64,000 nt of DNA, taken from a virus (lineage: Duplodnaviria > Caudoviricetes). Of the stretch, positions 1-10,921 are shown one piece after another. Made by a program: the position numbers and the translations under genes. Every line of letters starts with the position of its first letter. Within the stretch, counting starts at the first letter, position 1. The notes under the pieces were generated by a model. It saw nothing but the letters and a program-made list of their open reading frames with translations, made no database searches and was not told where the DNA came from. The stretch is from IMG/VR virus record IMGVR_UViG_3300042258_000071, positions 1 to 64,000 of that record. One strand, written 5' to 3'.

Positions 1-95
1 GTGGCGGTTATTCCCAGGGTGGGCAACAGCAGGGCACAGGAGGTGGTTCTGGGTCTAGCCCCTCAAGTGCAGTGGCGGATGAGATTCCCTATTAA
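1..95 (+). CDS. 3' end of a gene with a Gly/Gln/Ser-rich tail ending ...AVADEIPY*; by position probably a ChmC-like (phiKZ gp67-position) nucleic-acid-binding protein
   Basis: Frame from nt 3 reads GGYSQGGQQQGTGGGSGSSPSSAVADEIPY then TAA at 93-95, followed by a strong hairpin; lies directly upstream of the gp68-like gene; not the frame called by the ORF track. Confidence 0.6.
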   Translation, partial: GGYSQGGQQQGTGGGSGSSPSSAVADEIPY

Positions 96-108
96 GCTGT
101 TACCTACT

Positions 109-150
109 AAAGGAGGGGAGAGGTGGCGCCTGCCACCTCTCCCCTCCTTT
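109..150. terminator. intrinsic terminator hairpin
   Basis: aaaggaggggagaggtggc-gcct-gccacctctcccctccttt perfect inverted repeat after the stop codon. Confidence 0.85.
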
Positions 151-179
151 ATGTCTCAAAGCCATCGGGTCTCAAAGTA

Positions 180-187
180 TATATTAC
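180..187 (+). promoter_or_regulatory. phiKZ-type early promoter (TATATTAC)
   Basis: TATATTACTAT motif, recurring before + strand transcription units at 9579, 20106, 43895 and 55367; matches the known phiKZ early consensus TATATTAC. Confidence 0.7.
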
Positions 188-247
188 TATGATGATTTCT
201 CCTTGTTAAAATATAAAATATTGACATTAATTATTTGATAGCTTCAC

Positions 248-1912
248 GTGGAGATAGGGAACGTGTCTGTGAAAATTGAACGCAAAGTCGTTTCTGATAT
301 GGGGCCGGAGTATACCGTTGCACATATCAATTTTGAAGGCACCTATAAAGGTGTCTATGCTCAGAAAGGAAAAACATTATCTGTTGATTTTGAGGTTAGG
401 ACTTACAAGGATCTTATGCTGGCTTCTGGTCCTGAACCTTGGAAATATATTTTTGAACATGTTAATGGCATGTTTAAAATGTTCTCTAAAGAAGATCAGG
501 TTAAGATCTATGAGTTCTATATTAAATGTCGCATGATCATTAATAAACTTACATTTGAACGCGTGCAGGAATCTATCTTAGAAATTGCTAATGAAACTAA
601 AATTCTCATCTATGACATCAGGCTTCCAGAAGTTGCGTACGATTATGTTCTTAATCACTCGAAGATTAAACTTCCTAATAAGTTAAAAAGTGTTGGACAT
701 CGTCCGCATGATGTCCCGGAGCTTACGTTCCGAGAACCTGAGTATTGGAAGCTCACAGTCCTTGGGATCATCTGTAAGATGTTCGCACCCATATGGGGAG
801 CCTTTGCAAGGAAAGGGGGCCCCATTGTTAAGAATAAGAATAAAGAATTCTACTGCTACTTGAGCTTTCGTCCTATCTTAGAACATGACATCTTCATGGA
901 TATTCATGAAAAGTTATCCGGGTATATTGAAAACAATATAGATGGATGTCTTAAGAAATCTCGCGCTATGAAAAACCGTAGTTCTTTTGATGTAGATTTT
1001 TCCCTCATTAATAAAGGATTTGGGAAAGATCGATTTAGGGATTATGTGTATGCCACTGTTCTTGTAAAAAAGATCGTTACGTATAATCCTACGACACCAG
1101 AATCTGACATTATGAAATTCTTATATGTGAATATTAATTATTCTTCAAATCAAATGATCACAGGTAAAGCTCCAAGCAATACTGTCACCGTGATGGTGCG
1201 TCGATCTGTTATCGACAGTAATGATGGGGATGAAGATAGTGTAACAGCCCTTGAAAACGAATCTCGCATATCTAAGGTTCCTGCAGATACTCCCATATAC
1301 GCTAAGCTGTGTGTCACATATGCTATCACGCGACTCTTAAAAGAATACAAAATTTCTAAACGACTATTTGACAATGTCAGAGGGTATTACTATAAAAACC
1401 TTATTAAGTTATCCCCCTTTTCAAAGACAATCATTACAACAATGTTTGGTAAAGAGATTGGGGGTGCTAAGACAGTTGAATATCTCACCATCCTCCCTGC
1501 AACTGATTTGATCGCTCTTGCACAGATACGTATGTGTCAGTATGCAGACCCTCAGCTGATCCATATGCTGACCTCAGATTTTCCTGATGAGGATAAAGAT
1601 GAGGTGTACTCATCTATCGATGGACGCATTCGCATACTTTATCCTGAGTCTACGGAGTTTAAAGCTTGCTTATCAACATTTCCACACATGTTAGGGTCTC
1701 ATCTAAATATAACTGAACAGATAAAATCTTGTGCCAATTTTGTTACAGATTATCATCACTTCTATAATACTGCTCCAGATATCTGTGATCTCATCGGTAT
1801 GGATGAACCAGTGTCTCGCCAGGACCGTGTCGTGTATGATGAGTATGTTGTTAATCAACTCTGTGAATTTATCCTATTTCAATCTGAATGTCAGCTTAAT
1901 CACGTTGCTTAG
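248..1912 (+). CDS. non-virion RNA polymerase specificity (sigma-like) subunit, phiKZ gp68-like
   Basis: 554 aa; PEYWKL..K.FAPIWG segment resembles gp68 homologues; position upstream of the nvRNAP beta/beta'/helicase block. Confidence 0.65.
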   Translation: MEIGNVSVKIERKVVSDMGPEYTVAHINFEGTYKGVYAQKGKTLSVDFEVRTYKDLMLASGPEPWKYIFEHVNGMFKMFSKEDQVKIYEFYIKCRMIINKLTFERVQESILEIANETKILIYDIRLPEVAYDYVLNHSKIKLPNKLKSVGHRPHDVPELTFREPEYWKLTVLGIICKMFAPIWGAFARKGGPIVKNKNKEFYCYLSFRPILEHDIFMDIHEKLSGYIENNIDGCLKKSRAMKNRSSFDVDFSLINKGFGKDRFRDYVYATVLVKKIVTYNPTTPESDIMKFLYVNINYSSNQMITGKAPSNTVTVMVRRSVIDSNDGDEDSVTALENESRISKVPADTPIYAKLCVTYAITRLLKEYKISKRLFDNVRGYYYKNLIKLSPFSKTIITTMFGKEIGGAKTVEYLTILPATDLIALAQIRMCQYADPQLIHMLTSDFPDEDKDEVYSSIDGRIRILYPESTEFKACLSTFPHMLGSHLNITEQIKSCANFVTDYHHFYNTAPDICDLIGMDEPVSRQDRVVYDEYVVNQLCEFILFQSECQLNHVA

Positions 1913-1929
1913 TAGTATGAGAGGTATAG

Positions 1930-3066
1930 GTGACCATACACCACATCAATCACTTAAACCGCCATCCAAATATTCCCGCACCTACGTATCTTGATCATAC
2001 GGGTATCATAAACGTTGCATTCCCGCCTAAAGAGAACTGTGATCTATGGTTTCACATGCGATCAACTGATCCCATACGATCGGATGTTATCGTAACAGGG
2101 CGTTCTCTTGAGGTTCCTTCGTACAATGAATATGGGGTGATATCTCCTGAGATTTTTAAGACAGTAGAACTTCTACCTTCTTTAAGATCTACACATATTC
2201 TTGCTGAGCGGTATTTCATTAAATCGAATACTGGGAGTATTCCTTATCGTGTAAAGTATTACTCAGAGAATTGGACCCACAGTCTTCTCTATCTTAAAAA
2301 TCTCGGACGGTTTCATAATGCACTTGCGCACTCCCCTCTTCATACGGCCCTTAGTATGATCGATGAACAAGTGTGGGTTCCCGAGATCCAGAACGCTCTG
2401 CATGATCTTAAGTTGGTCCCCTATCATGATATTTTTACAGAGCAGATCACAAATACAGAAGATACTTCATATTTCATAAACAATATCATACTAGATACCT
2501 TATCACATCCAAATACAACGAGCGTGCTTAAGTATGCAACTCCACACCTCATACCTGAGGATGTTTCCCTTTTAAAATACCCTCACTCTCCATGGCCACC
2601 TTCTGCTTTTAAATGGAATTTTGTTAGAAATCCATTGGTTTATGATGGTCAGTATTTTAATACAGACCTCCTCGAAGATGTATTTATTCAACAAGATCCA
2701 TATTTTTCAAATGTCGCCATGACATTAGATCGACTCCCTTTAACTGATGTCAACTTCGTATATACATTACTTAAAGGTAAGGAGCATCTGGAATTACGAA
2801 GTGCCCTTAATCGATATAAATCTCATACTCGAATGCAGAAGATCGATGTTTCTTTAATCTCTGAATATATTAAATCTTCCCTACATGTGTGGATACATAG
2901 AAATTTTGATGAACATACGGAGTGTGAAGTCCATCTCATTAAAACTTTCAATGATGAAATGTTTGTAATTCGTAGACCTCTTAATGACAGTCAGGGCCCA
3001 GCGACTGTTATACACACAGATATAGCCCTTCTCCACTTATGTGGATTTGGTGCAGTCTTTTCATAA
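1930..3066 (+). CDS. hypothetical protein (378 aa)
   Basis: Long ORF with an SD-like GAGG upstream; no recognised motif. Confidence 0.7.
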   Translation: MTIHHINHLNRHPNIPAPTYLDHTGIINVAFPPKENCDLWFHMRSTDPIRSDVIVTGRSLEVPSYNEYGVISPEIFKTVELLPSLRSTHILAERYFIKSNTGSIPYRVKYYSENWTHSLLYLKNLGRFHNALAHSPLHTALSMIDEQVWVPEIQNALHDLKLVPYHDIFTEQITNTEDTSYFINNIILDTLSHPNTTSVLKYATPHLIPEDVSLLKYPHSPWPPSAFKWNFVRNPLVYDGQYFNTDLLEDVFIQQDPYFSNVAMTLDRLPLTDVNFVYTLLKGKEHLELRSALNRYKSHTRMQKIDVSLISEYIKSSLHVWIHRNFDEHTECEVHLIKTFNDEMFVIRRPLNDSQGPATVIHTDIALLHLCGFGAVFS

Positions 3067-3095
3067 ACATCACCACCGAAAGGAAGAGGGTTACC

Positions 3096-4796
3096 ATGGC
3101 CATACCTCTTTATTCTAACACTCAAAACTCTATGATGGGTATTGATCAAAACCCCAATGGACTTATGAGTGAAACGCACAGAGCTGTTCTTTATGCATTC
3201 TCTCCTAGAAATTATCAAATGGTTGCACGGCGCCCTCTAGTAACTAACTTCAGTCCTCAATTTGCAGCATCTGCTGCTGATATCATCCATGCTGGATCCC
3301 TTCGATCTGGACCAGGGGCTCCCTCTATTCGGGACTTACTTAACAGTCCTCATGCAAGCACAGTCATTAGTCCAACCTTTCAACCAAGAGGGGTTATTCG
3401 TACAGACTATTTGTCTGACTTCTGGACATTTCTTCTTGTTGTTGAAAATGAACAACCTAATTATGCAAACATTGTGCCAGAAGGGCTTCAACAGCAGGCT
3501 GGTGAATTTACCTCTCACTTTGGAGGAGGGAATCGCGCGATTTATAATGGGTATTTCGCAGATGAACCCGTCAATCCAAAGACCATGCATATGACAGCAC
3601 CAACCATCAATGAACAGGCGCGTATGATCATCACGCATAAAACATTGATTACCCAACAACTTGGATTTGGAGCTGGAGGTGTTCAACGAGGTCGAGAATC
3701 TGTAACGGCAGATGTTGACATTGTGGATCCCACGATCACTAAGATTTTATCTGCGGGGGAGGGCGATGTTCGTCTTCATAAAAATACTCCAGATGCTCTG
3801 TTAAGCGCCCGTGAAAGTTATCACCACAATGATACAGGGCAGTTTGTTTCTACTACAAATTTTGGAGAGTCTACAGAACTTAATAAGTTTTCTCCAACCT
3901 CCATTCATACCAAATATTCTGTTCCTAAAACCAATCTTAATGAGATCCTTACAGGTCTCAAAGGTCAAACTGAGGCAATGGAAGCAGAGCTTTATAAGGG
4001 AACCCTAGGGTCGTCACACGATCATCTGTATGACAATTCAAGTGATATGTTCACCGAAGGTTTGAAACGTCGGTGGAGTAATGAATCCCCAACACGCCAT
4101 ATCGGACTCCAAGAACAAGATGTGATTTCGATTGCATCGTGTCATCAACGATATGGCAATTTAAAGATCCAGCCATGGCCAATCACTAAAACGCATCAGA
4201 GTGAATCGGTAGATCAAATGATCAGTTCAGCCTCTAATGTGTACTCATCTTTGTTTCTACAATCTGCACCTTCGATCATGCTCAATCATCGTATTTCCGA
4301 TATCATGTTTATTTACGACTCATCAGAAGATGGGTATGCTCCGGGATCTATCACTTACGGGCTGATCGGTAAAGAAATTACGAATGTTGAAGAAGAAAAG
4401 CGCGTTAATGCCTTTCTATATTCTCTAAAGACAGATCTGTACCCCGTATTGTATCACGGACATGGGCACTTTCACATCTCCGTATCTCTCCAAGTTGGAG
4501 GTGTTAGTAAGTGTATGTTGAATTTCTACGATGACAATGAGAAAGTCACGACACCTTATGAGATGCCGAATATCGTTGGGGGCGCCATTAGTAATATGAT
4601 TGGCGATATTAATGATGTCACGCATAATTCTCAAAATCTTAGTGAACTCATTGATCATGTAGCAGATCACAGAGAAGTTAACTCTTATCCGGCAGTGGAT
4701 TATGGAGGAGCCCATCCTCAGAAAAATGTTTATGAAGACCCTGACGACTGGGAGCAGACAGATCTCGATGTAAACAAAGTATTCCACTATAATTAA
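3096..4796 (+). CDS. putative phage-nucleus import factor PicA/Imp1-like (phiKZ gp69 position)
   Basis: ATG at 3096 after aggaagaggg; size and synteny between gp68-like and gp70-like genes; function inferred from gene order only. Confidence 0.45.
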   Translation: MAIPLYSNTQNSMMGIDQNPNGLMSETHRAVLYAFSPRNYQMVARRPLVTNFSPQFAASAADIIHAGSLRSGPGAPSIRDLLNSPHASTVISPTFQPRGVIRTDYLSDFWTFLLVVENEQPNYANIVPEGLQQQAGEFTSHFGGGNRAIYNGYFADEPVNPKTMHMTAPTINEQARMIITHKTLITQQLGFGAGGVQRGRESVTADVDIVDPTITKILSAGEGDVRLHKNTPDALLSARESYHHNDTGQFVSTTNFGESTELNKFSPTSIHTKYSVPKTNLNEILTGLKGQTEAMEAELYKGTLGSSHDHLYDNSSDMFTEGLKRRWSNESPTRHIGLQEQDVISIASCHQRYGNLKIQPWPITKTHQSESVDQMISSASNVYSSLFLQSAPSIMLNHRISDIMFIYDSSEDGYAPGSITYGLIGKEITNVEEEKRVNAFLYSLKTDLYPVLYHGHGHFHISVSLQVGGVSKCMLNFYDDNEKVTTPYEMPNIVGGAISNMIGDINDVTHNSQNLSELIDHVADHREVNSYPAVDYGGAHPQKNVYEDPDDWEQTDLDVNKVFHYN

Positions 4797-4897
4797 TTAA
4801 AAACCTGTCACTGCAGAAATACATATAGAACGTGTATGGGGATAAGGTCCCCATACACTCTCTTTGGTTGTACCCATAACCCATAAAAGGGCCTCAT

Positions 4898-6157
4898 ATG
4901 ACAGAGATCCAGATTAAAACCAGTGATGTCACAGAGTTTCTAAAACACTGTGTTGACCTCACAATGCACGTCTATACGGTGGATGATGACGGGTATGTCA
5001 TGCTCACATCTGATGACAAGAAAGTTGAACTAGGTTCTGATAAGAAAAACATTGTTCTATATCAAGAGAAGATTGAGGATAACAATGCCTATGTCCTAAA
5101 TCCCTTCTCTGAAGGATTGTCTGACAGTCCTCCAGACCGATGGTTTTATACGACGATGCGGATGAGTCTTGTCCACAGGATTGGGTCAGTTCTTCAAATG
5201 CTCGTGCATATTGCAAATGAAGATCGTAAGTTTTCTGAGTCTACTCAGAAACAAAAGACCCGTCCTCCAAAACATCCTTCAGTCATTAGCCGTATCGCTA
5301 GTAAAATTGTTAAGAATGTTGATGACAAACTCGTTGATGAGACAGACAAATTCGTTTTAAATGCAGATGATGTTCTTAACGTCATTTATAGTAAGCGCCT
5401 CATGGCGCATCGTATTCGAATTCCACTTCTTGAAAATGATGTTGACTTCCCGAAATCAGTTCGTAAACAATCTCAAGAAACTTGGCTTACCATTCTAAAA
5501 CTTTTGTTTGAGATCGACACCACTGAAGATCTTGATAAATATACTGTTAAAGCAAGGGAGGATGCGACTCCTAAGATTGATAGTTTCATGGGGTGCATTT
5601 ATCTGGTTTATAAGCAGTTCAATGAAATCTTCGATGTCTTGAGTGTTGAACAACGCATGTCGGTTGATCTGACAGAATTCAAACATCACATCGATCGCAT
5701 GAGTGCTTATAGTAAAAATGCGAAAGGTATGATTTCTTATGTTGCCACAGCACCAAAAGTGAATACCAACACGCATCCGGCGTCTTCAGTGCCAGTACCG
5801 TCAATGGGACATCTTTCAACAGTCCCATCTGGAGAAGGAGGTACTATCCCTGGAACCACAGTACCGATCCCTCGAGGAGCCGAGGGAGCTTTCTCCCAAC
5901 CTCCCTACAATCCCAATGGATACATGGGGCCACAGCTCCCTGTTCATCATACACCAGGTGGTGTACCTTATGGGGCGTCGATGCATCAGATGAGCCCTCG
6001 GTCACGCGGGTTTGACCCAATCTCAACACCTACGTACAATGTATCAGGACCAGGATTTGAGACTTCACCCTCAAATGGTTCTATGGGGGGGCAGGTTCGT
6101 CTCAATATCGGATCGGTCTCAAATGGGACTCCCGGGATGCCACACCTTCGACGGTAA
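4898..6157 (+). CDS. phiKZ gp70-like conserved protein with a Pro/Gly-rich disordered C-terminus
   Basis: 419 aa; LNPFSEG..SP motif; synteny; low-complexity P/G/S tail. Confidence 0.5.
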   Translation: MTEIQIKTSDVTEFLKHCVDLTMHVYTVDDDGYVMLTSDDKKVELGSDKKNIVLYQEKIEDNNAYVLNPFSEGLSDSPPDRWFYTTMRMSLVHRIGSVLQMLVHIANEDRKFSESTQKQKTRPPKHPSVISRIASKIVKNVDDKLVDETDKFVLNADDVLNVIYSKRLMAHRIRIPLLENDVDFPKSVRKQSQETWLTILKLLFEIDTTEDLDKYTVKAREDATPKIDSFMGCIYLVYKQFNEIFDVLSVEQRMSVDLTEFKHHIDRMSAYSKNAKGMISYVATAPKVNTNTHPASSVPVPSMGHLSTVPSGEGGTIPGTTVPIPRGAEGAFSQPPYNPNGYMGPQLPVHHTPGGVPYGASMHQMSPRSRGFDPISTPTYNVSGPGFETSPSNGSMGGQVRLNIGSVSNGTPGMPHLRR

Positions 6158-6168
6158 CAATATTACAT

Positions 6169-6209
6169 ATAGAGAGATAGGGCACACCCTATCTCTCTAT
6201 CTTTTTTTT
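6169..6209 (+). terminator. intrinsic terminator
   Basis: atagagagataggg-caca-ccctatctctctat followed by a T-run. Confidence 0.85.
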
Positions 6210-6250
6210 GTTAGTTTAGCATCGTCTTAGATGATATACCAAATAGAAGT

Positions 6251-7300
6251 ATGATAAGGTATATCCACATGATCGTATCTCATCACCCCTTAAGACCGAT
6301 ATCTTTCACGCCGGCTTTAAAAGAAGTGATATTATTTAATTCTAACTTTGATCACAGTTCTAATGTATCAGTGGAATTTACTGGTTATAAACTTATTACA
6401 AAAGATTTCTCACAAACACTTCGAGAGACTGTATATATCGAACGATTCGGGTTTATACAAGGTCATCTTTTTTACCCGTTTAAACATAGATATCGGACTG
6501 AAGACACTATTATTACCTCAGTGTTATTTCGATCTGGACTTTCTAAATTGTTTGGAAGTATGGCGACTTCCTCTTTAATTTCATTCTATCAAGTGCATTA
6601 TCCATTTGATCAAGACGATAAAGGAATTTCTGAAAAGATTCTTTTTTCAGAATGTCTACAGTGTACACACCTTGGTATCTATCCAGACATTTTAAAGACT
6701 TCTCATGTAGAACTCTTGGAGACCACTAAAGATCTCTCTCCAAAACAATTAGGAACTTTCTTTAAGGATACCTATTGGGCGTCAGACATTCCTGTTGCAG
6801 ACATTCTTTCTTTACCTGCTATGAAAAACCTTTCTTATGAAATTAACCTTAAAAATGTTCGTAATATGGTACATCTTGACCCTCTTATATCGTTGAAAAC
6901 AACCCATAGGGATACCTACCCGTCTGTTGAAAATGTTGACATATTAGAAGATGACTATAGATTTTTTATTGAAACGATAAACATGTCTGAATATGAATCT
7001 TTTGACTTCACTGTAAGGTGGTCAAAAGAGGATGGGTATCATCATTTTAAAATAGACCATTTTTTAAATCCTTATAACTGTGTTGTAACAAAAGATCCTC
7101 AGATTGCAAACATCCTTATGCAAACATTTCCAATTAAAACATATACCTATCTAACAGATGCTTTAGAAGTGCGGGTTATAAGAACCAGGTGGGATGATGT
7201 CTATATTTATATAACAGGACTGCCATTTCAGGATGATATAGATAGTTATCACATCAACCTCACAGGTATATCACTCCACAGCTACGGCTATAGGGTTTAA
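6251..7300 (+). CDS. hypothetical protein (349 aa)
   Basis: Long ORF, no recognised motif. Confidence 0.65.
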   Translation: MIRYIHMIVSHHPLRPISFTPALKEVILFNSNFDHSSNVSVEFTGYKLITKDFSQTLRETVYIERFGFIQGHLFYPFKHRYRTEDTIITSVLFRSGLSKLFGSMATSSLISFYQVHYPFDQDDKGISEKILFSECLQCTHLGIYPDILKTSHVELLETTKDLSPKQLGTFFKDTYWASDIPVADILSLPAMKNLSYEINLKNVRNMVHLDPLISLKTTHRDTYPSVENVDILEDDYRFFIETINMSEYESFDFTVRWSKEDGYHHFKIDHFLNPYNCVVTKDPQIANILMQTFPIKTYTYLTDALEVRVIRTRWDDVYIYITGLPFQDDIDSYHINLTGISLHSYGYRV

Positions 7301-7326
7301 TTTTTTAAGAGAAGAGAGTTGTCATC

Positions 7327-8460
7327 ATGATACCAGTGTCAAGTTTTAATGGGACTAAAATTAAAGTATGGGTGGGTCGCGTTCTTGAAGATAAGGTTCT
7401 TCATAGCACAGAACTTAAAGTTTTCATACCTGAACTCTTCCCAGATGCATCTGGTATGGTAGCTCCTGCGGAGGAGTCTTCCATCATTACAACCCAGAAT
7501 CCAGATGGGTCTAAAGAGGATGTTTCTTCAACAACTTCAAATTACATCACATGTTCTTGGCTGGGGGGTGGGGATGATTTTTATGCCCCATGGGTTAGGA
7601 AGGGCGAGCAAGTTCTTATTTATCAATTTAATGACAGTAAGGGTAAATATCTCTGGAGTCGGATGGAGCGAGATCGTGAAGTTCGAAAGACAGACATTAA
7701 GCGTATTTATGTGTCTGCTAAATCAACACTTCATGAAGATCTTGATGATGGTAATATTTACTTCTTTGAATTAAATAGTTATGACCAAACTGTTACACTT
7801 AAAACCTCTAAGGCTAATGGTGAAACAGTACGGTATGCCATGACATTTGACTGTAAAGATGGGACTTTTGTACTTGTAGATGATTATGAGAATTCTATCT
7901 ACCTTAATTCTAAAGAGAAGATTTTAAGTTTAACGAATGCTGATAAAAGTACTTTCACTCTGCAAGGAGAAGATGCTTTTATTTCAGCTGTTCGAGATCT
8001 TACTCTAAAAAGTGGACGTCAGACAGTATTAGATACCCCTATACTTACAACTCGGAATAGTAGTGGTTCTGGTATTACAAAGATGCAGTTTAAAGAACTT
8101 TCATTAGAAGGACAATCTTTAACACTAGATGCCCCTATTCTAGGTCTTAATGGTCAAGTAACCACCTCATCATCTCTTCTTGTTGGTGGAGGTGTTTTTG
8201 CACAAGGATATAGTGTTGGGACAGGTGTTACTTATACGCCAGCAACAACAAATATCGAAGAAGGTACGGGGTTAAGTGGTAAGAACACCCCTAATGTTCC
8301 GGAGGATGCCGGTGGGTTGAGACATACTACTGCACATGAAGATTTCCTCGAATGCATTACCGCCATTCAAGTTCAACTTGAAGCTCTAAATGCACCAGAC
8401 CCAAATTCTATCATGCCACCTGCCACCGCAGCTTTCATGCCTAAAAATAAAGGAGAGTAA
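7327..8460 (+). CDS. baseplate central spike (gp5/VgrG/gpV-like OB-fold plus beta-helix; phiKZ gp164-like)
   Basis: NYITCSWLG...APWVRKGEQVLIYQF..KYLW OB-fold motif followed by repeating short beta-strand pattern. Confidence 0.75.
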   Translation: MIPVSSFNGTKIKVWVGRVLEDKVLHSTELKVFIPELFPDASGMVAPAEESSIITTQNPDGSKEDVSSTTSNYITCSWLGGGDDFYAPWVRKGEQVLIYQFNDSKGKYLWSRMERDREVRKTDIKRIYVSAKSTLHEDLDDGNIYFFELNSYDQTVTLKTSKANGETVRYAMTFDCKDGTFVLVDDYENSIYLNSKEKILSLTNADKSTFTLQGEDAFISAVRDLTLKSGRQTVLDTPILTTRNSSGSGITKMQFKELSLEGQSLTLDAPILGLNGQVTTSSSLLVGGGVFAQGYSVGTGVTYTPATTNIEEGTGLSGKNTPNVPEDAGGLRHTTAHEDFLECITAIQVQLEALNAPDPNSIMPPATAAFMPKNKGE

Positions 8461-8466
8461 ACTTGT

Positions 8467-9015
8467 ATGTCACTATTTAAAAAAGAATATATATACATCA
8501 CAAACAAACCTTTCATACAGACCCTCTCTAAAGATACTTCTTACTCAAAAAAGATGACGACTCAAGATCTTCATATGCAAAATCTTATGTTCGATTATGT
8601 TGATACCTGGTGTCGAAGTCAAGGATGGATTGAGGAGAATGACACTATTCTTGTTTCAGCAGATAGAGAGTTTTATGATGTCAAATCTATGGTGGGCGGA
8701 TTTCTCTATAGAGACATGCTCCTAGAAGACTATCGAACATCCATATTACGACTACTTGTAGATACTGAAATTGATCATACCACATCACGTGTCTTAAACC
8801 TTCATCTCTCCATCATCTCTCTAATTGATACTTCGTATCTAGATATGTATATAAATCGTCTTTATAAAGGTCTTGAAATAACAGAAGAACCTCAAGGTCA
8901 AGATACAGATATGACCTGGAAACAGTTCCATTTAAATTATCCATACTTCTGGGTATTTTTCTTATTACAATCCACCCTTCACAAATATCCCTTTACCTTT
9001 ACTAAAGAGAAATGA
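8467..9015 (+). CDS. hypothetical protein (182 aa)
   Basis: ORF with AGGAG SD, closely following the spike gene. Confidence 0.7.
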   Translation: MSLFKKEYIYITNKPFIQTLSKDTSYSKKMTTQDLHMQNLMFDYVDTWCRSQGWIEENDTILVSADREFYDVKSMVGGFLYRDMLLEDYRTSILRLLVDTEIDHTTSRVLNLHLSIISLIDTSYLDMYINRLYKGLEITEEPQGQDTDMTWKQFHLNYPYFWVFFLLQSTLHKYPFTFTKEK

Positions 9016-9025
9016 TAAATATATC

Positions 9026-9063
9026 ATATACTAAGAGAGGGGAACTCCCCTCTCTTAGTATAT
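9026..9063. terminator. bidirectional terminator hairpin
   Basis: atatactaagagagggg-aact-cccctctcttagtatat between convergent genes. Confidence 0.85.
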
Positions 9064-9076
9064 ATTTTACAAAAAG

Positions 9077-9451
9077 TTATCTGTCGATCACACGTTGGGT
9101 GCTTTTATAAGTAACAAAAAGTGTTGACATAAACTCATTTGTTGGAATGTAGATATAATTAACATTATCTGCAACGAATGTCATATCTGTAAAATGATCA
9201 TTAATAAATTCAATAACCCAAGTATATTTTAATGTGTAATTGTTCTGTCTTAGAAATCTCTTTAAGTTATGTCTTACTTCATTAAAAACGTCTCTTGAAA
9301 TGGTCATATAGGAACTATTTTCTCTAATATAATTTTTATGATCAGATACAAACTGATACCATCCCGGGTTACGATTTGGGTCCGTTTCAAAAGCTAATCC
9401 GTTAGATGTTGTATCGTTCAATCTAAACAACATAGAAGGTTCTACTGTCAT
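9077..9451 (-). CDS. hypothetical protein, possibly a small baseplate component
   Basis: 124 aa ORF with an SD; function not established. Confidence 0.6.
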   Translation of the reverse strand: MTVEPSMLFRLNDTTSNGLAFETDPNRNPGWYQFVSDHKNYIRENSSYMTISRDVFNEVRHNLKRFLRQNNYTLKYTWVIEFINDHFTDMTFVADNVNYIYIPTNEFMSTLFVTYKSTQRVIDR

Positions 9452-9578
9452 AGAAACTATCCCTTCCTTTTTTATAATAACATCTCACCAGATGCTATGT
9501 CTGTTGATCTATACATAACACTAAATGTATCATACTGTTTTATCTAAGTTGTGTAAAACCTCATAAGCCTGTCAGCTA

Positions 9579-9586
9579 TATATTAC
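9579..9586 (+). promoter_or_regulatory. phiKZ-type early promoter upstream of nvRNAP beta
   Basis: tatatattactatattga. Confidence 0.7.
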
Positions 9587-9688
9587 TATATTGAACGTTT
9601 CATAAGAGGAATGTGAATATGATAAACGTGGTTAAATCATTAGACACTAACGAGTCATAAACAACCCATAACACTCGGAGATGTAAGA

Positions 9689-10921
9689 GTGAGTAAAAAA
9701 CTCCCTAGCAAAAACCGCCACCCCAGGAAGAAGGATCCTAAGTATCCATACATGGACAATCTTCGTATGGACCCACGACTTCTTTCATCACCACATTGTC
9801 TTGTACCTTTTTCTGAAAAAGTATCCTCTTCTCGGTTAGACATGTTTCGTTCTCAGACAGGTCAGACACTTATCATAGATGGTGCAGAGTTCCCTCAGAT
9901 CTTTACAGGGTTTGAATGGGACACTGGACATTATGAGATGTCTGGAACAACCCGCCATCAAGACATGCATATCCTTGAAGTTATCCCAAAATATATGATC
10001 CGTGCGATCGATGGGAAGATGACTAAAAATCCTACCCGTACAGTAATCTGTCGAGGGATTAAAGACAAGAAACTTCACTACTTTAATCTCAACAGTTACT
10101 ACATGGGGAGCGACGGATTTGGGTATGAAACTCAATTCAAAAATGAACATCTCCTTTTAAAAGATTCCCTTCTTGAGAAAGATGTCACTCTTGCACATTC
10201 TAAAGCTCGTCAAGGTGAGAAGTATTGCATGGGGACAAATCTTAATACAGCATACATTACCATCCCAGAAACGATTGAAGATGCCCTCATTATTTCAGAG
10301 TCAGCAGCAGATAAACTCACTTCAACAGCAATCAATGAAATTACCATCAATATCAAACCAAACGAACACCCTATCAATCTCTATGGAGATCATGAGACGT
10401 ATAAATTTCTTCCTGATATTGGGGAGAAAGTTGGTGAAGATGGTATCCTATTTGCATTGAGATATGTCGATAATAACAGTTTTGCTTCAGATATGCAGCC
10501 TTCTGAAATGAAGACGATTCAAGCAATGCATGACTACCCCATCCGAACCCCTCCAGGTGCAGAGATTCTTGATATTGATTTCTTCCCATGCCCCCGAAGC
10601 AAAGACAGAATTCCGTGGTCTATCTTTGCTCAAGCAGAACCCTATCTTGAAGCCTCTCGTCAATACTGGGAACGGATCATTGCGATCTATGAACAGTATG
10701 GTTCTAAATATGGTCTAAGTTCTTCGTTTAACACTCTTGTTACAGACGCATATATGTACGCATCAGCATATGGCGCACGTATTCGCGACATACCTCATCG
10801 TAAAATTCAGTTCGTAGATCGTAAAGAAGAGACTGTTGAGTTTCTTCAGATCAGAATCGTCTATAAATATAAACGTCGTCCAGGAGAACCTGGGTTTAAA
10901 TTGGCAGATCGTTTTGGTACT
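9689..10921 (+). CDS. non-virion RNAP beta-like subunit (phiKZ gp71/73-like), exon 1
   Basis: SSSRLDMF..Q, GTNLNTAY..ETIEDALIISES and FLPDIGEKV..DGIL motifs; ends GFKLADRFGT, the first half of the GDKxxxRHGNKG motif; 411 codons. Confidence 0.9.

Noticed and set aside
1-192. 63-aa ORF from the track
   Set aside because: It runs through a terminator and a promoter; the frame ending DEIPY* at 95 is more protein-like
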